Assembly: GCF_030684315.1 (NCBI RefSeq)
Contig: NC_081365.1
Location: 47,911,205 to 47,975,204, forward strand
Length of the DNA: 64,000 nt
Source of the DNA: Stegostoma tigrinum
Lineage: Eukaryota
Direction: 5' to 3'
Shown: piece by piece, positions 1 to 13,395 of the stretch
How the letters are laid out: the number at the start of each line of letters is the position of its first letter
How positions within the stretch are numbered: position 1 is the first letter of the stretch
Notes under the pieces: model-generated
What the model was told of the DNA's origin: nothing
The model's input: only the letters and a program-made list of their open reading frames with translations
The model's database searches: none
Program-made: the position numbers and the translations under genes

Positions 1-1060
1 TGGCTGGGAAATCAGTTGAGTGGCAGGTGACAGAAAGTTAGGATTATGGGTAGGTACTCAAATTTGCAGGATGTGACAAGTGACGTCCAATGTGGATCCA
101 TGTTAGGGCCTCAATTATTGACATTATTTATGAATGACTTGGGTCATGACAGAGAAAGCCATAATTCCAAATATGCTCATCACACAAAGTTAGGCAGCAT
201 TTTGGCAGTGTAGATGATAGCATAAAATTACATAGGGATATTGACAGACAAAGTGAATGTGCAGAGCCATGGCAGATGGAGTCCAATAGAAGTAAATGTG
301 ATGTTATCTGTTTTGGACTGAAAATGCATTAATCAGGATACTGTATAGAATGTAAATACAGTGAATGTCCATGGAAACTTTAGGGTTCAGCTGCACTGAT
401 CTGTAAAGTCTCATGAACATGTGCAGGCAAGAAAACTAATGGAATGCTGACATTTATGTCTGGAGGACTGGATTACAAGGTTGCAGAAGTTATGCTGCAG
501 TTTTACAAAACGCTGATCAGACACCACTTTGAGTGTTGTGAGTAGATTTGAGCACCATGCCTTGGGAAGGACATATTGGCCTTGGAAGGTGTGCAATATA
601 GATTCATAAAAATGATACTTGACCTTCAAAGGTTATGAGGAGAGAAATATGGCCTATTTTCTCTTGAATTTAGAAGTTTGAGGGTGATCTGATTGCCGTC
701 TTCAAGATATTAACAGGAAAAGACAGGATATATAAAGATAAATTATTTCCACGAGCTGAAGCATCTAGAGTTAGGGGGCATTGTCTAAGAGTTAGGTCCA
801 GACCATTGAGGGGAGATGTTAGAAAGCACTTCTATACACAAAAGGGGATAGATGTTTGGAACTCCCTTTCTCAAATGAAAATGGGTGCTGGATCAATTGT
901 TAATTTTAAATCTGAGATGGATGAACTTTATAAAGAAAGGGTATTATGGGATATGGACCATAGGCAGGTATATGGATTTAGGCCACAGATCATCCATGAT
1001 CTCACTCAATAGTGGGATAGGTTTGCAGAACTGCATAGCCTGCTACTGTTCCCATGTTCC
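1..1060 (+). mobile_element. Decayed CR1-type LINE, 3' part of ORF2 and 3' UTR
   Basis: Degenerate CR1 RT C-terminal motifs (SMLGP, HTKLG resembling DDTKLG, QFYKTLIR, MRGDVRKHFYTQK, VWNSL) with many stops. Confidence 0.75.
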
Positions 1061-1317
1061 TATATTCCATTCCCTGCTCTTCAGCATATATCACAACTGT
1101 TTTTCCTGCTCCAGTTATGCAGAGCACAGCATGCTTGGATTATGTAGCACATTATACTGAGGGTATTGCAAGATCTCCCAGGCCAGTTGAAGCATCAAAA
1201 CCCCATCTTCAGCATGCTCATCATTTACCACACCATGGCTCTGGTAGAAGAATGAGCTGCATAGTATCTGCACTTAGCTTCAGTCAGGGCTTGAGTTATG
1301 GAACCATTGGTCATGGG

Positions 1318-1518
1318 GGTTGGTTAGCTCAGTTGAATTGATAGCTGGTTTCTGATATAGAGTGACACCAGCAGCATGGGTTTAATTCCTGCATCAGTTG
1401 AGGTTACCATGAAAAGTCTCAACCCCTCCCCTTGCCTTAGGTCTGTTGACTGTCTGGTTAAACTCATTGCTAGTCATCTCTCTCTGAAATTGAACTATGG
1501 CGAATTTACTTACTTTAC
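1318..1518 (+). mobile_element. tRNA-derived SINE (old)
   Basis: A-box-like GGTTAGCTCAGTTG and B-box-like GGTTTAATTCC; related copies at about 22440-22630 (-) and 61500-61680 (+). Confidence 0.55.
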
Positions 1519-1879
1519 ATCAGCCATGGTCTCCTGATGACAATCCTTGAAAGGCATCCAGCCCTTGACAGTTTAGCATATCTCTCCATACAATGGAATA
1601 TAGAGGACTCCAACAAGCAGAGCCAAGGAATGACTCTCAATGAGCTTTTGGCATTCAGGCCCTCTTCCGATGAATGTAGCACAAGCCACACCAAATAACA
1701 GATGTGAGATATGGTAAGTGCTGCATGATTTCTGATATCCTGACCCCTGACATCTATGAAGAAAGGCAGCATCACATATAGAGCTTTCTGGTGAATACGT
1801 AGGTGAGATGATATGATTTCTGTTCCCCTGATGAGCATAGGAGACTTTGGATTGTCTTAGTGAAATATGGCCTGTGAGT

Positions 1880-3600
1880 ATAACCTCCAAGATCACTTGT
1901 GATTACTTTTTCTTCACAGAGATAACAATGCTCAATCCACAATGACCAGTCCCTTCTGGTTCTTGACTCTCCAACCAGCATAAACATCTTGCCGGCATCT
2001 ACTCTGTTGATCCTTTTTAACTACATTACAGGTTTCAATGAAGTCACCTCTCATTCTTTGAAAATCTAGAGAATACAGGACAGTTTTCCCAATTTCTCTT
2101 CATTGGATTGTCTCACTAGACTGAGAACAAGTCTGGTGGACCTTTGCTACACTCCCTCTATGGCAATAGTATCTTTTCTGAGACAAAGAAACCAAAACTG
2201 CACACAGTATTCCAGGTTTGGCCTAACCAAGCTGTTATACAATTTATGCAATTCACTACTTCTGTACTCAAATCCTACTGCAATAAAGGCAAATAATCCA
2301 TTTGACTTCCTAATAGTTTGCTGCACCTCCATGTCAGCCTTCAATGACTTATTGACAAGGCCACCTGGGTCCCTTTATAGATCTACAGTTACCAACATCT
2401 TATCATTAAGAAACATTTCACACATCGTTCTCTCTAACCAAAGCGGATAACTTTACATTTTTACACATTTTATTGCAATTGCCATGTTTTTGCCCGTTCA
2501 TTTAATCTGAATGGGTAAGATTCATTCTTCCTGAAGCTTCCCTCATACACACATTCTCACATAGCTTTGTGTCATCCATAAATCTGGAAATATTTCATCC
2601 CCACCTCCAAATATTTATTGTGAAAGCTGAGGCCCAAGTATCAATCCTTGTAGTTTCTTACTAGTCACAGCCTTTTGGCATGAGAATGACTCATTAATTC
2701 GTCCCCATCCCCCTCTCTGATGAAGGGTCTAGGCCCGAAACGTCAGCTTTGGTGCTCCTAAGATGCTGCTTGGCCTGCTGTGTTCATCCAGCTCCACACT
2801 TTGTTACCATTAATTCCTACTCTCTGCTTTTTATCTGTTAGCCAATCATTAATCCACTCCAGTACATTACTTCCAGCCCACTTGCTTTAGCTTTTCTCAA
2901 TATCCTCCTGTGAGGTGTTTTATTAAAAACCTTTTGAAAATTAAATATGTCCATAAAGACCTAACCAATTTTTTTAGCGACTACTTCAAAAAAATTCAGT
3001 AAACTAATCAAACATGATTTCCCATTCAGTAATCCATGCTGACTATGTCCATTCAGACCATTAACAACCAGCCACCTATTTATCTCATTCTTTATAATTG
3101 ATTCTAGCATTTTTCCAGCCAATAACATAAGACTAGCAGATATGTAGTTTCCCGTTTTCTCTCTTCTTCCCCTCTTAAATAGTAGTGTGACATTTGTTAT
3201 CTTCCAATCCACCAGAATCATTCCTGGATGTATAGAATTTGAGAGATAATAATTAGTGCATTAACTATCTGCATGGCCACACCTCCAACACTTAAGTTTT
3301 GTCAACTTTTAGTCCCACTAATGTCTCCATTACAAGCTTTATACTCATGTTAATCTCCTTCAACTCCCATTCTCCCGACCCACTTGGATCTTTACTTCGG
3401 AGAGATTTGTTTTATTCACTCTTGGGATGTCAGTTTTGCCTCTGCCAGTATTTGTTACCTTCTTGAACTTCTGCAATCTATGTTGTTTAGATTGGAGAGA
3501 GTATTCTAGGATTTTGATTTAACTGCATCTTTCACAGTGAAGCACACAAAAAAAAACATTTAGCATCTCTGCCATTTCTCAATTCCAAATCAAATTAATT
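1880..3600 (-). mobile_element. Decayed CR1-type LINE ORF2 fragment, interrupted by a PLE fragment
   Basis: Minus ORFs DWKITNVTLLFKRG..NY..SL..KMLESII..SQHG..KSCLISL and LYNSLVRPNLEYCVQFW are CR1 RT motifs. Confidence 0.8.
2701..2807 (+). mobile_element. Penelope-like element 3' fragment (single arm, short 3' end) with hammerhead core
   Basis: Matches the 3' end of the long PLE copies; hammerhead core at 2717-2744; flanked by 9-bp direct repeat CATTAATTC (2692-2700 / 2808-2816). Confidence 0.85.
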
Positions 3601-4504
3601 AAATGGGATATATTTTTTAAAAATTCTTGAAGAAAATGTGAGGATGACATCAAACTATTGCAGCCAGCAATGAGTGCTTCATGGGTAGAGGTATGGCAAA
3701 TAATCTTTGTGGATTTTCCCTTGAGATCTTCTCATAAGGACAGAATTTCAAATATTGTAATTATGTCTTATTTAAAGGTTCCCTTTACTTTCCTCATTAC
3801 AGCTATCCTAAGTACATGGGACAAAAAATTGTTATGCATTTACTTTTGGGGATGTGGTTTGCAATCACATACCACTTGTCCTTGTTGCCATGGAAGGAGG
3901 CAGTATGGGAATCAACAGAATGATTTTAGCAAGTTGCACAGTGCATTTTGCTGATTGATTTCACACACAATAAGGGGGCTGGTTTCAATTAGATTGTTGC
4001 ACTTTGAAACAACCTCTGCCTTTTAAATTCACAAAATGTGCAGCCTCTTAACTGTTCTTTTGACCATAGTATGGCTGTGCCTGCATAAAATTCTGATTGT
4101 GGATATTTCAGCAATAGTAATGATGTTGAATGTCAAGAGGAGACAATTTGATTGTGTTTTGTTGGAATTGGTTATTGGATGATACCTTGGTTGTGTTATG
4201 TCACTTACCGCTAATCAACCCGTGACTGAATGCCATCAGATCTTGCTAGTTCTGTAGTCTCAGTTTGGCATTGTGACATCTGGCAGTCTTAGACAGTAGC
4301 AGTGGTGCTACCAAATTACTTGTTCATAATGGCCGCTGAAGTTCCTCACCCAGAGTATGTTCTCAGTGCTATTTTCAAAGGTGTCCAATGTGGAGGAATG
4401 CTGATTCATCAGCTTGAAGGGTTGAGAGCGATGTTGGGGGTTGTACTCAGTAAAATGCTTCCTTGCCTATATTTGATGTTGTCCAAAGTCACACAACACC
4501 ATGT

Positions 4505-5241
4505 ATACTGCATCCACTGTACCCGGTGTGGCTCCCTCTACATTGGGGAAACCAAGCGGAGGCTTGGGGACCGCTTTGCAGAACACCTCCGCTCAGTTCG
4601 CAACAAACAACTGCACCTCCCAGTCGCAAACCATTTCCACTCCCCCTCCCATTCTTTAGATGACACGTCCATCATGGGCCTCCTGCAGTGCCACAATGAT
4701 GCCACCCGAAGGTTGCAGGAACAGCAACTCATATTCCGCCTGGGAACCCTGCAGCCTAATGGTATCAATGTTGACTTCACCAGTTTCAAAATCTCCCCTT
4801 CCTCCAGCGCATCCCAAAACCAGCCCAGTTCGCCCCCTCCCCCCACTGCACCACACAACCAGCCCAGCTCTTCCCCTCCACCCACTTTATCCCAAAACCA
4901 GTCCAACCTGTCTCTGCCTCCCTAATTTGTTCTTCCTCTCACCCATCCCTTCCTCCCACCCCAAGCCGCACCCCCAACTACCTACTAACCTCATCCCACC
5001 TCCTTGACCTGTCTGTCTTCCCTGGACTGACCTATCCCCTCCCTACCTCCCCACCTATACTCTCCTCTCCACCTATCTTCTTTTCTCTCCATCTTCGGTC
5101 CGCCTCCCCCTCTCTCCCTATTTATTCCAGAACCCTCACCCCATCCCCCTCTCTGATGAAGGGTCTAGGCCCGAAACGTCAGCTTTTGTGCTCCTGAGAT
5201 GCTGCTTGGCCTGCTCTGTTCATCCAGCCTCACATTTTATT
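4505..5241 (+). mobile_element. Penelope-like element, 5'-truncated single arm (GIY-YIG endonuclease + 3' UTR)
   Basis: VYCIHCTRCGSLYIGETKRRLGDRFAEH...EQQLI...NGIN; hammerhead core 5153-5180; 7-bp duplication ACCATGT (4498-4504 / 5242-5248); inserted into an older small palindromic element. Confidence 0.9.
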
Positions 5242-5650
5242 ACCATGTTATAGCCCAACAGTTTTCTTCAGGGGATGAAGGGGCAGTGTTTCAACAGCTT
5301 GTGATTTCAGATAAACCTGTTGGACTGTAACTTGGTGTCGTGTGACTTCTGACCTTATTCGCCCAAGTCTAACACTGGGACCGCCACATCATATATTTGA
5401 TGTTGTGTTGGCACATTAGGGAAGGGAGAAGCACCAAAAAGACAAGCACTAAGAAGTTGGACAGGGTGAGTGATTTCTATTTAATTGTGAGTGCTGTGGA
5501 TAAAGATGTCAGTAAGAAGGATTTATGTGTTGCCCTTTTTTGTTGAATAATAACCAGGGGGATTCTGTGAAGTGAAATCTTAATTAGATGTGGCAGTGGT
5601 GAATGGCAGGCCTGTAGTGGTCAAAGAAAGCAACTTCATTAAAAACAGAG

Positions 5651-5867
5651 ATAACATGGTGTAGAGCTGGATGAACACAGCAGGCCAAGCAGAATCAGAA
5701 CAGCAGGAAAGGTGACATTCGGGTCGAGACCCTTCTTCAGAAAATGTCCTAACTTAGTCTGCTTAATGTCAGCTTTCCTGCTCCTCTGATGCCGCTTGGC
5801 CTGCTGTGTTCATCCAGTTCTATACCATGTTATCTCAGACTTTCCAGCATTGGCAGTACCTACTACC
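5651..5867. mobile_element. Miniature two-armed (inverted) PLE insertion, second subfamily
   Basis: Inverted copies of the PLE 3' end; 15-bp TSD TCATTAAAAACAGAG at 5636-5650 and 5868-5882. Confidence 0.85.
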
Positions 5868-6904
5868 TCATTAAAAACAGAGTCTGGATTTGCATTCTTT
5901 CTCAGCCCATCCAGAGAGACAGGGTGCACTCTGCCTCCATTTATTTCTCCTCTTCCTCATCGTTCTTTTCCTCCTCTTATTCCACCTCATACTACTCCCA
6001 AAGGTCTCTAGACAGAGGTAAACATGGAGCATGCAGCAGATTACTATATGATTTGAAACGCACTCTGAAATGAATTGTAAAGTTGTAAAAAGCAAACAAG
6101 GAAGTAGCAGTCTGGCTTGAGCAGCCGGAGACTCTGTTAAACCTTTGCATGACTCCTGCTCATCAATAATAATATTTCAGCTTGGCTTGATAAACTCTCT
6201 TTTGGTTTTCTGCTCCTGTCAAGGTTTCTTTATAACCTTGTATGAACAATATGGGTCAGTGAAACTTCAAAAACATGTCCAACATCATCAATCGTTTTGG
6301 AATCCTATTTGCAGCAAGGAAAATCAATTGTTAAATGTGCCTATACCCAGCAATGTAGAATAATTGGGAGTTATCTATATTGTTTATCTTTGCAAATTTA
6401 TTCTAGTAAATTTCAACACCAAGTAAAATTAGGAGCCGCAAGAATTATTTTTTGCATGAGATTGATAACTTTAAAAACGTAATTGAAGGCATTGAAAAGA
6501 AAATGCAATTTATTAGATGAATGTAATCATGTTATTGTAAGATGTTCAGATTTGAAATGTCAGTTCTGAAGATAAGCACAGCAAATTAAATGCTTTATCA
6601 CTGAACAATTTGGCAATTCTTGAATGAAAATATTGCTTCATGGCATGGCAGTTGCTACAGTTAGTGATGTTTTCACAGTTCATTAGAGTGCCACCAAGTG
6701 GAGTCTCAGGGCAGTATTGATATTTAACATGGAACTTCTCACTTAGTGTGATGCAAAGTTAATTGCAGATTGGGGTCTAACAAGTATTTGTGGTTGGTAA
6801 TTTGGATGGTTAACTGTTAGCATTTTAATGCAGGAAAGCCTAAAACAAGTTACATTTCAAATGGGATCCACAACCTACGGAGATATTTTATTTTCTTCTT
6901 TCGA

Positions 6905-7200
6905 GAGTCAGAGAATCCATATAGTGTGGCAGCGGGCCATTTGGCCCATCAGGTCACACTGACCCTCTGAAGAGCATCCCATCCAGACTCACTCCTCCGA
7001 ACCTAACACTGTAACCTTGTAATTCCCAAGGCTAATCCACCTAGCCTGGACTGTGGCAGGAAAGCAGAGCACCCAGATGAAACCCATGCAAACACAAGGA
7101 GAGCATGTGAGCTCCTCACAAACAATCACCCAAGTGTGGAAACAAACCTGGGTCCCTGGTTCTGTGAAGCAGCAGTGCTAACCACTGAACCACCATGCCT
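6905..7200 (-). mobile_element. HE1/V-SINE-like tRNA-derived SINE
   Basis: Reverse complement of the SINE at 41130-41470 (A-box GTGGTTCAGTGG, V-domain-like core, CR1-like tail). Confidence 0.7.
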
Positions 7201-8172
7201 TGAAGGTAATGTTTTATAGGTGGATATAGAAACCAGAGTGGTGTTAATTGGTTTTATTCTCTGGCAAAGCCATCATTTATTGCCCATTCCATCATTGCCC
7301 TGTGAGAAGACACTGGTAAATGAATGTTGAAGGTGCTAATGCCAGTTGAGAACATTGCTTTATCCTGGACGGTGTCAAGCTTCTTGTGTATTGTTAGAGC
7401 TGCAATCATTCAGGAAAGTCGAGAGTATTCAATCACACTTCTGACTTTTGCCTTGAATAAAATAAAGATGGTGGATGATGTAGATGAAGAACATGTTAAG
7501 GGAGGTCAGAATTCCTAGTCCCTGACCTGGTCTTAGAGCTTCAGTATTTATTTTTCTCATTTAGTTTCTCGTCAATGGTAAACACCAGATTGTCAATAGT
7601 GGGGTATTCAGCAGTGATAATATCATTGAATATCAAGGGGTGATTCCTAGATTTTCTTTTGAGATAGTTTATGCTTTGCACTTGAGTGGGATGAATGTTG
7701 CCTACAACTAATAATCCAAAATCTGGGTAGCATCCATGTCATACTGCTAGTAGAGGTAAATGACTTCGGCATCTGAGGAGTGCAAATAATACTAAACACT
7801 GTGCAATCACCATTGAACATCTGAACTCAATGAGGGAAGGTGCGGTATGACTTTGATTGACACTACTGGCACCTCATGATATCTGCGACCTTTGTCAGTC
7901 AGTGTTTCAGAGTAAGGGTTGTTCCAGGTGGCTCACTGTCATCAATCCTTCTTATCAGTAAGTAAAAAGAGAAACTGCTGGAGAAGCTCAGTAGACTTAG
8001 CAGCATCTGAGGTGAGAGAAAACACAGTTAACATTTTGAGTATGATATGACTCTTCTGCGGAACAGCAAGAGGTTAGGGAATTGTATTTTTTTGCGATTG
8101 ACAGGGTTGGAGGTGGAGCACATGAAATGGATGGTGCATGTATGCAGAGCAGCAAACAAAGGGATTGCTAAT

Positions 8173-8836
8173 ATAACAAAGTGTGGAGCTCGATGAACAC
8201 AGCAGGCCCAGCAGCATCTCAGGAGCACAAAAGCTGACGTTTCGGGTCTAGACCCTTCATCAGAGAGGGGGATGGGGAGAGGGAACTGGAATAAATAGGG
8301 AGAGAGGGGGAGGCGGACCGAAGATGGAGAGAAAAGAAGATAGGTGGAGAGGAGAGTATAGGTGGGGAGGTAGAGAGGGGATAGGCCAGTCCAGGGAAGA
8401 CGGACAGGTCAAGGAGGCGGGATGAGGTTAGTACGTAGGAGACGGAGGTGTGGCTTGGGGTGGGAGGAGGGGATAGGTGAGAGGAAGAACAGGTTAGGGA
8501 GGCGGAGACAGGCTGGGCTGGTTTTGGGATGCAGTGAGGGGAGGGGACGAGCTGGGCTAACCTCATCCCGCCTCCTTGACCTGTCCATCTTCCCTGGACT
8601 GACCTATCCCCTCCCTACCTCCCCACCTATACTCTCTTCACCACCTATCTTCTTTTCTCTCCATCTTCGGTCTGCCTCCCCCCTCTCCCTATTTATTCCA
8701 GAACCCTCTCCCCAATCCCTCTCTGAGGGCCTGAAACGTCAGATTTTGTGCTCCTAAGATGCTGCCTGGCCTGCTGTGTTCATCCAGCTTCGCACTTTCT
8801 TATCTTGGATTCTCCAGCATCTGCAGTTCCCATTCT
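8173..8836. mobile_element. Two-armed inverted PLE insertion (minus arm 8173-8558, plus arm 8557-8836)
   Basis: Both arms are the PLE 3' UTR with 3' ends outward; 16-bp TSD CAAAGGGA(T/C)TGCTAAT at 8157-8172 and 8837-8852; 2-nt junction overlap CT. Confidence 0.9.
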
Positions 8837-10411
8837 CAAAGGGACTGCTAATGGTGAGTAAAGAAAAAAAGCATTATAAATATTGAGAGGCTGAAAATGG
8901 TGGCATGCAAAATAATTTTGCTAACTTTATACAGGCATGACAGGACTTTGACATAACTGTACAGAAAGCAATTAGGAAAACACTTTTAACACCATTTACC
9001 AATTTCATTGCCAATATTTTCTTGAGCTATGAAAGGATATACTTTCATAGGAGTGAGTGCAATGGAACTTCACTAAACTGAGTTCTGGTATAAGGGGATT
9101 ACTCTCTGAGGAGAACCAACTAGTCTACACCTATATTCTCTTGTATTTTGGAAAATGAAAGCTACCTAACTACAATAATTTAAATTCCCAAGAGCCTGGG
9201 CAAGATAGATGATGGGCCAATGCTTTACAAAGCTTCTCTTGGCTGTGGAGTTTAGAAGTAAGTATCACAGTCTGAGAATAAGGGGTTGGTCACTTGGGAC
9301 TGAGAATGAAATAAATTACATTATTTAGTATCTCGAGATAATATGGGTTAGTTAGTTGAGACAAAAGGTAAACTGTGGTATTATAGAATAATGCAGCAGG
9401 TTTGAGGACTAAATAACCTGCTCCTAATCTATTTCTTACCTTTTTTACAGAAACACACAATATAGAAGAATGTCATACTGCCTGTGGTTGTGATTTAGTT
9501 CAGCTATCCAATTAGTTCCACATCTTGGCCTTTCTCCCATAGGCTTTCAAGAATTTATTTGAAAATTAATATTAATCTACTCTTTCCTCTGTTTTTAAGC
9601 TCATTATATAAACTGTGTCCTTCTATTACTAGAAATGTTTTCTCCTACACTATTTGATGAAATTTCTGTAAAGTCCAACCAATCTAATGATGTCACACAA
9701 TGGTGGTGAAAAGAGGAGTCTAGGTTGAGATCTTGATGGAAACAGATGTGTCATTGTTGTTCCCTGGCCAATCTTAAGTTACTATATTAAACTAGCCAAT
9801 GTTGATTGTATCTATTGCTAGTGTGCTATTGCTATCATTAAGGCAGGTGGTGCTCTAGTTAAAACTGATCAACGGTTGATCCTGTATTACTGTTAGCCAA
9901 ATGGTCGCTTGGACTAAATATAGAAAAGAGGATCGGTAGCAGTACAGTGCACATAGCATGTTAACAATGGTGAATAAAGACCATAACATCTAACAGAAAA
10001 TAAATTTTGGAAGTTAAGAGTTTGCTGCTTAAAATACATTGTCTCTTAAAGAATACCTAGTTAGATGGCACCTGCAAGTGCTTGAGCAAACAAGTAATTA
10101 GTGGAGTTGTGTCAGAAACAAGGCACTTCAGACTATAACTATCATTCAAACGAAATATGAGGCACAGAAGAACCAGCGTGAGATTTGGTATTCAACCGCC
10201 AATTTTGGACTTTTGTGAAGAAAGTTTAAAATCCCTGTTGGCAAGTAGAGAATCGTTAAATTAATGATGCTAAAGACCAAGTCATGAACACTAAGAATTA
10301 AAGAAGGGATCAGAGATAATGGGAACTGCAGATGCTGGAGATTCCAAGATAATAAAATGTGAGGCTGGATGAACACAGCAGGCCAAGCAGCATCTCAGGA
10401 GCACAAAAGCT

Positions 10412-10439
10412 GACGTTTCGGGCCTAGACCCTTCATCAG
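10412..10439 (-). ncRNA. Minimal type I hammerhead ribozyme motif in PLE 3' region
   Basis: CTGATGA-aGGGtctaggCCC-GAAA-C-GTC core with palindromic ACGT stem III, as known for PLE-encoded minimal hammerheads. Confidence 0.75.
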
Positions 10440-10663
10440 AGAGGGGGATGGGGGGAGGGAACTGGAATAAATAGGGAGAGAGGGGGAGGCGGACCGAAGA
10501 TGGAGAGTAAAGAAGATAGGTGGAGAGAGTGTAGGTGGGGAGGTAGGGAGGGGATAGGTCAGTCCAGGGAAGACGGACAGGTCAAGGAGGTGGGATGAGG
10601 TTAGTAGGTAGCGGGGGGTGCGGCTTGGGGTGGGAGGAAGGGATGGGTGAGAGGAAGAACCGG

Positions 10664-12129
10664 TTAGGGAGGCAGAGACAGGTTGGACTGGTTTTGGGAT
10701 GCAGTGGGTGGGGGGGAAGAGCTGGGCTGGTTGTGTGGTGCAGTGGGGGGAGGGTACGAACTGGGCTGGTTGAGGGATGCAGTAGGGGAAGGGGAGATTT
10801 TGAAACTGGTGAAGTCCACATTGATACCATATGGCTGCAGGGTTCCCAGGCGGAATATGAGTTGCTGTTCCTGCAACCTTCGGGTGGCATCATTGTGGCA
10901 GTGCAGGAGGCCCATGATGGACATGTCATCAAGAGAATGGGAGGGGGAGTGGAAATGGTTGGCGACTGGGAGGTGCAGTTGTTTTTTGCGAACTGAGCGG
11001 AGGTGTTCTGCAAAGCGGTCCCCAAGCCTCCACTTGGTTTCCCCAATGTAGAGGAAGCCGCACCGGGTACAGTGGATGCAGTATACCACATTGGCAGATG
11101 TGCAGGTGAACCTCTGCTTGATGTGGAATGTCATCTTGGGGCCTGGGATGGGGGTGAGGGAGGAGGTGTGGGGACAAGTGTAGCATTTCCTGCGGTTGCA
11201 GGGGAAGGTGCCGGGTGTGGTGGGGTTGGAGGGCAGTGTGGAGCGAACAAGGGAGTCACGGAGAGAGTGGTCTCTCCGGAAAGCAGACAGGGGAGGGGAT
11301 GGAAAAATGTCTTGGGTGGTGGGGTCGGATTGTAAATGGCGGAAGTGTCGGAGGATAATGCGTTGTATCCGGAGGTTGGTAGGGTGGTGTGTGAGAACGA
11401 GGGGGATCCTCTTGGGGCGGTTGTGGCGGGGGCGGGGTGTGAGGGATGTGTCGCGGGAAATGCGGGAGACGCGGTCAAGGGCGTTCTCGATCACCGTGGG
11501 GGGAAAGTAGCGGTCCTTAAAGAACTTGGACATCTGGGATGTGCGGGAGTGGAATGTCTTGTCGTGGGAGCAGATGCGGCGGAGGCGGAGGAATTGGGAA
11601 TAGGGGATGGAATTTTTGCAGGAGGGTGGGTGGGAGGAGGTGTATTCTAGGTAGCTGTGGGAGTCGGTGGGCTTGAAATGGACATCAGTTACAAGCTGGT
11701 TGCCTGAGATGGAGACTGAGAGGTCCAGGAAGGTGAGGGATGTGCTGGAGATGGCCCAGGTGAACTGAAGGTTGGGGTGGAAGGTGTTGGTGAAGTGGAT
11801 GAACTGTTCGAGCTCCTCTGGGGAGCAAGAGGCGGCGCCGATACAGTCATCAATGTACCGGAGGAAGAGGTGGGGTTTGGGGCCTGTGTAGGTGCGGAAG
11901 AGGGACTGTTCCACGTAACCTACAAAGAGGCAGGCATAGCTGGGGCCCATGCGGGTGCCCATGGCCACCCCTTTAGTCTGTAGGAAGTGGGAGGAGTCAA
12001 AAGAGAAGTTGTTGAGTGTGAGGACGAGTTCAGCTAGGCGGATGAGAGTGTCGGTGGAGGGGGACTGGTCGGGCCTGCGGGACAGGAAGAAGCGGAGGGC
12101 CTTGAGGCCATCTCCATGCGGAATGCAGG
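10664..12129 (-). CDS. PLE polyprotein, partial RT + GIY-YIG endonuclease (about 488 codons open; the ORF track's N-terminal ~22 aa come from flank)
   Basis: ORF 10664-12196; element sequence ends near 12129, judged by comparison with the older copy at ~63120. Confidence 0.9.
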
Positions 12130-12974
12130 AGTACTTTTGTTCGCAGTAGGTGCAGTGACCATGAAGCAGAGCTACTGTAGCAAAGTCAGGAACCATAGAA
12201 TTAAGTTACACTGGACTGCAGTATCAAGAATGTCATTGTCCTTTTATCACATTAAATGAGCCCAATTTAAAAGCTAGAAGGGACAGAGTCTAACAGAAAA
12301 AGATAATTTGAAGTCTTTTAAATCAATAAGAATGGGCGATTAAAGCACAATTTTGCCAAGAAATGTTTTTAAGGCTGCAACCATAAAGCTGTTTTGGAAA
12401 GTAATGCAAGGGGATATGCATTGTACTTCAGGCTGTGAAAGTTGGGAAAGTGTCCACTTTGTCAATGATAAAATGGAAAATCCTTAACTTAGCCGCAGAA
12501 AATGCAGAAAACTGCCACTTAACCTGCAGACGGCAGGAGACCACTATTTTGGGGGTAAAGGTGTGGGAAATCCACCAGTAAGCTGTATTGTTATTTAACA
12601 AAATTTAAAGCTTTATTAGAGAAAAAATACAGCATTGCTACAATATATGATTTATAGCTTTAAAAGAAGAAAATAATACAACTTTTTAAAGGTAAACAAG
12701 ATAAAACAGCATTATATAATGTAGACTATAAAATCTATTTAGCAGAGACAGAAACGCAGCAGTGTTTAGATAACACCGAAGACATCTTGAAAGGATGAAT
12801 CATAAATAATTACACCAAGAAGACATGGCAGGAGATATAATAATATTGTAGAGATTTAATTTCAGAGATGCACTAAATAAAACTCAATACTGGATATCTT
12901 AGTGAAAACAACACTTACGGCGCAGTTTTTCAGCATTAAATACTAAATCTGTAGTTGATTAAGTAAATACACTA

Positions 12975-13219
12975 AATGAAAAAAATACTGTGAATTTTAG
13001 AAATCAGAAACAAAAACAGAAGATGCTGGAAAAACTCAGCCAGTCTGCCAGCATCTGTGGCGAGAAGGCAGAGTCAACGTTTCAATTCCGGTGACCCTTC
13101 TTCAGAATGGAAGAATGGGTTCTGAAGAAGGATGATTGGATCCAAAACATTAATTTTGCATTCTCTCCACAGATGCTGCCAGCCCTGCTGAGATTTTCCA
13201 GCAATTTCTGTTTTTAAGC
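12975..13219. mobile_element. Old miniature two-armed PLE-type palindrome (third subfamily)
   Basis: Inverted arms with decayed CTGAAGA..AAAAC hammerhead-like core; 14-bp TSD AAGTAAAT(A/G)CACTA at 12961-12974 and 13220-13233. Confidence 0.7.
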
Positions 13220-13395
13220 AAGTAAATGCACTATTGTTTTCAATCGGACTTACAGCTGACAACATTCTCAATTTCCAAAATATAAAAGAAGGCACAGACA
13301 CTTTTGGGGATGCTCTTCAACTTTTTGATAATTAATTTAATCTGAATATGAACAAAAATCTTGAAAGAACAAGAGTTAGTAAAGAAGTTCACTAT

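Larger units (their letters stand above)
10310..12129 (-). mobile_element. Young Penelope-like retroelement (Neptune-like), 5'-truncated single arm
   Basis: Uninterrupted frame with RT motifs (QTKGVAMGTRMGP, RYIDD, FLDL), Cys-rich linker (CNRRKCYTCPH) and GIY-YIG endonuclease; long 3' tail; hammerhead core at 10412-10439. Confidence 0.95.

Noticed and set aside
4302-4925. 207-aa ORF suggesting a stand-alone or domesticated GIY-YIG nuclease gene
   Set aside because: The N-terminal third is unrelated flank fused by chance to a truncated PLE at ~4505.
6684-6705. CTCF-like motif (CCACTTGGTGGCA on the minus strand)
   Set aside because: A single imperfect match cannot be supported without ChIP or conservation data.
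10683-11051. Recurrent 122-aa ORF MDWFWDAVGGGEELGW... and other overlapping ORFs in each PLE copy
   Set aside because: These are antisense or alternate-frame shadows of the GC-rich PLE ORF; recurrence reflects copy identity, and the starts are non-ATG.
12919-12948. 30-nt phase 1-1 micro-exon candidate on the minus strand
   Set aside because: It lies in the Gypsy remnant, downstream of the Ig gene stop codon, with no partner exons.
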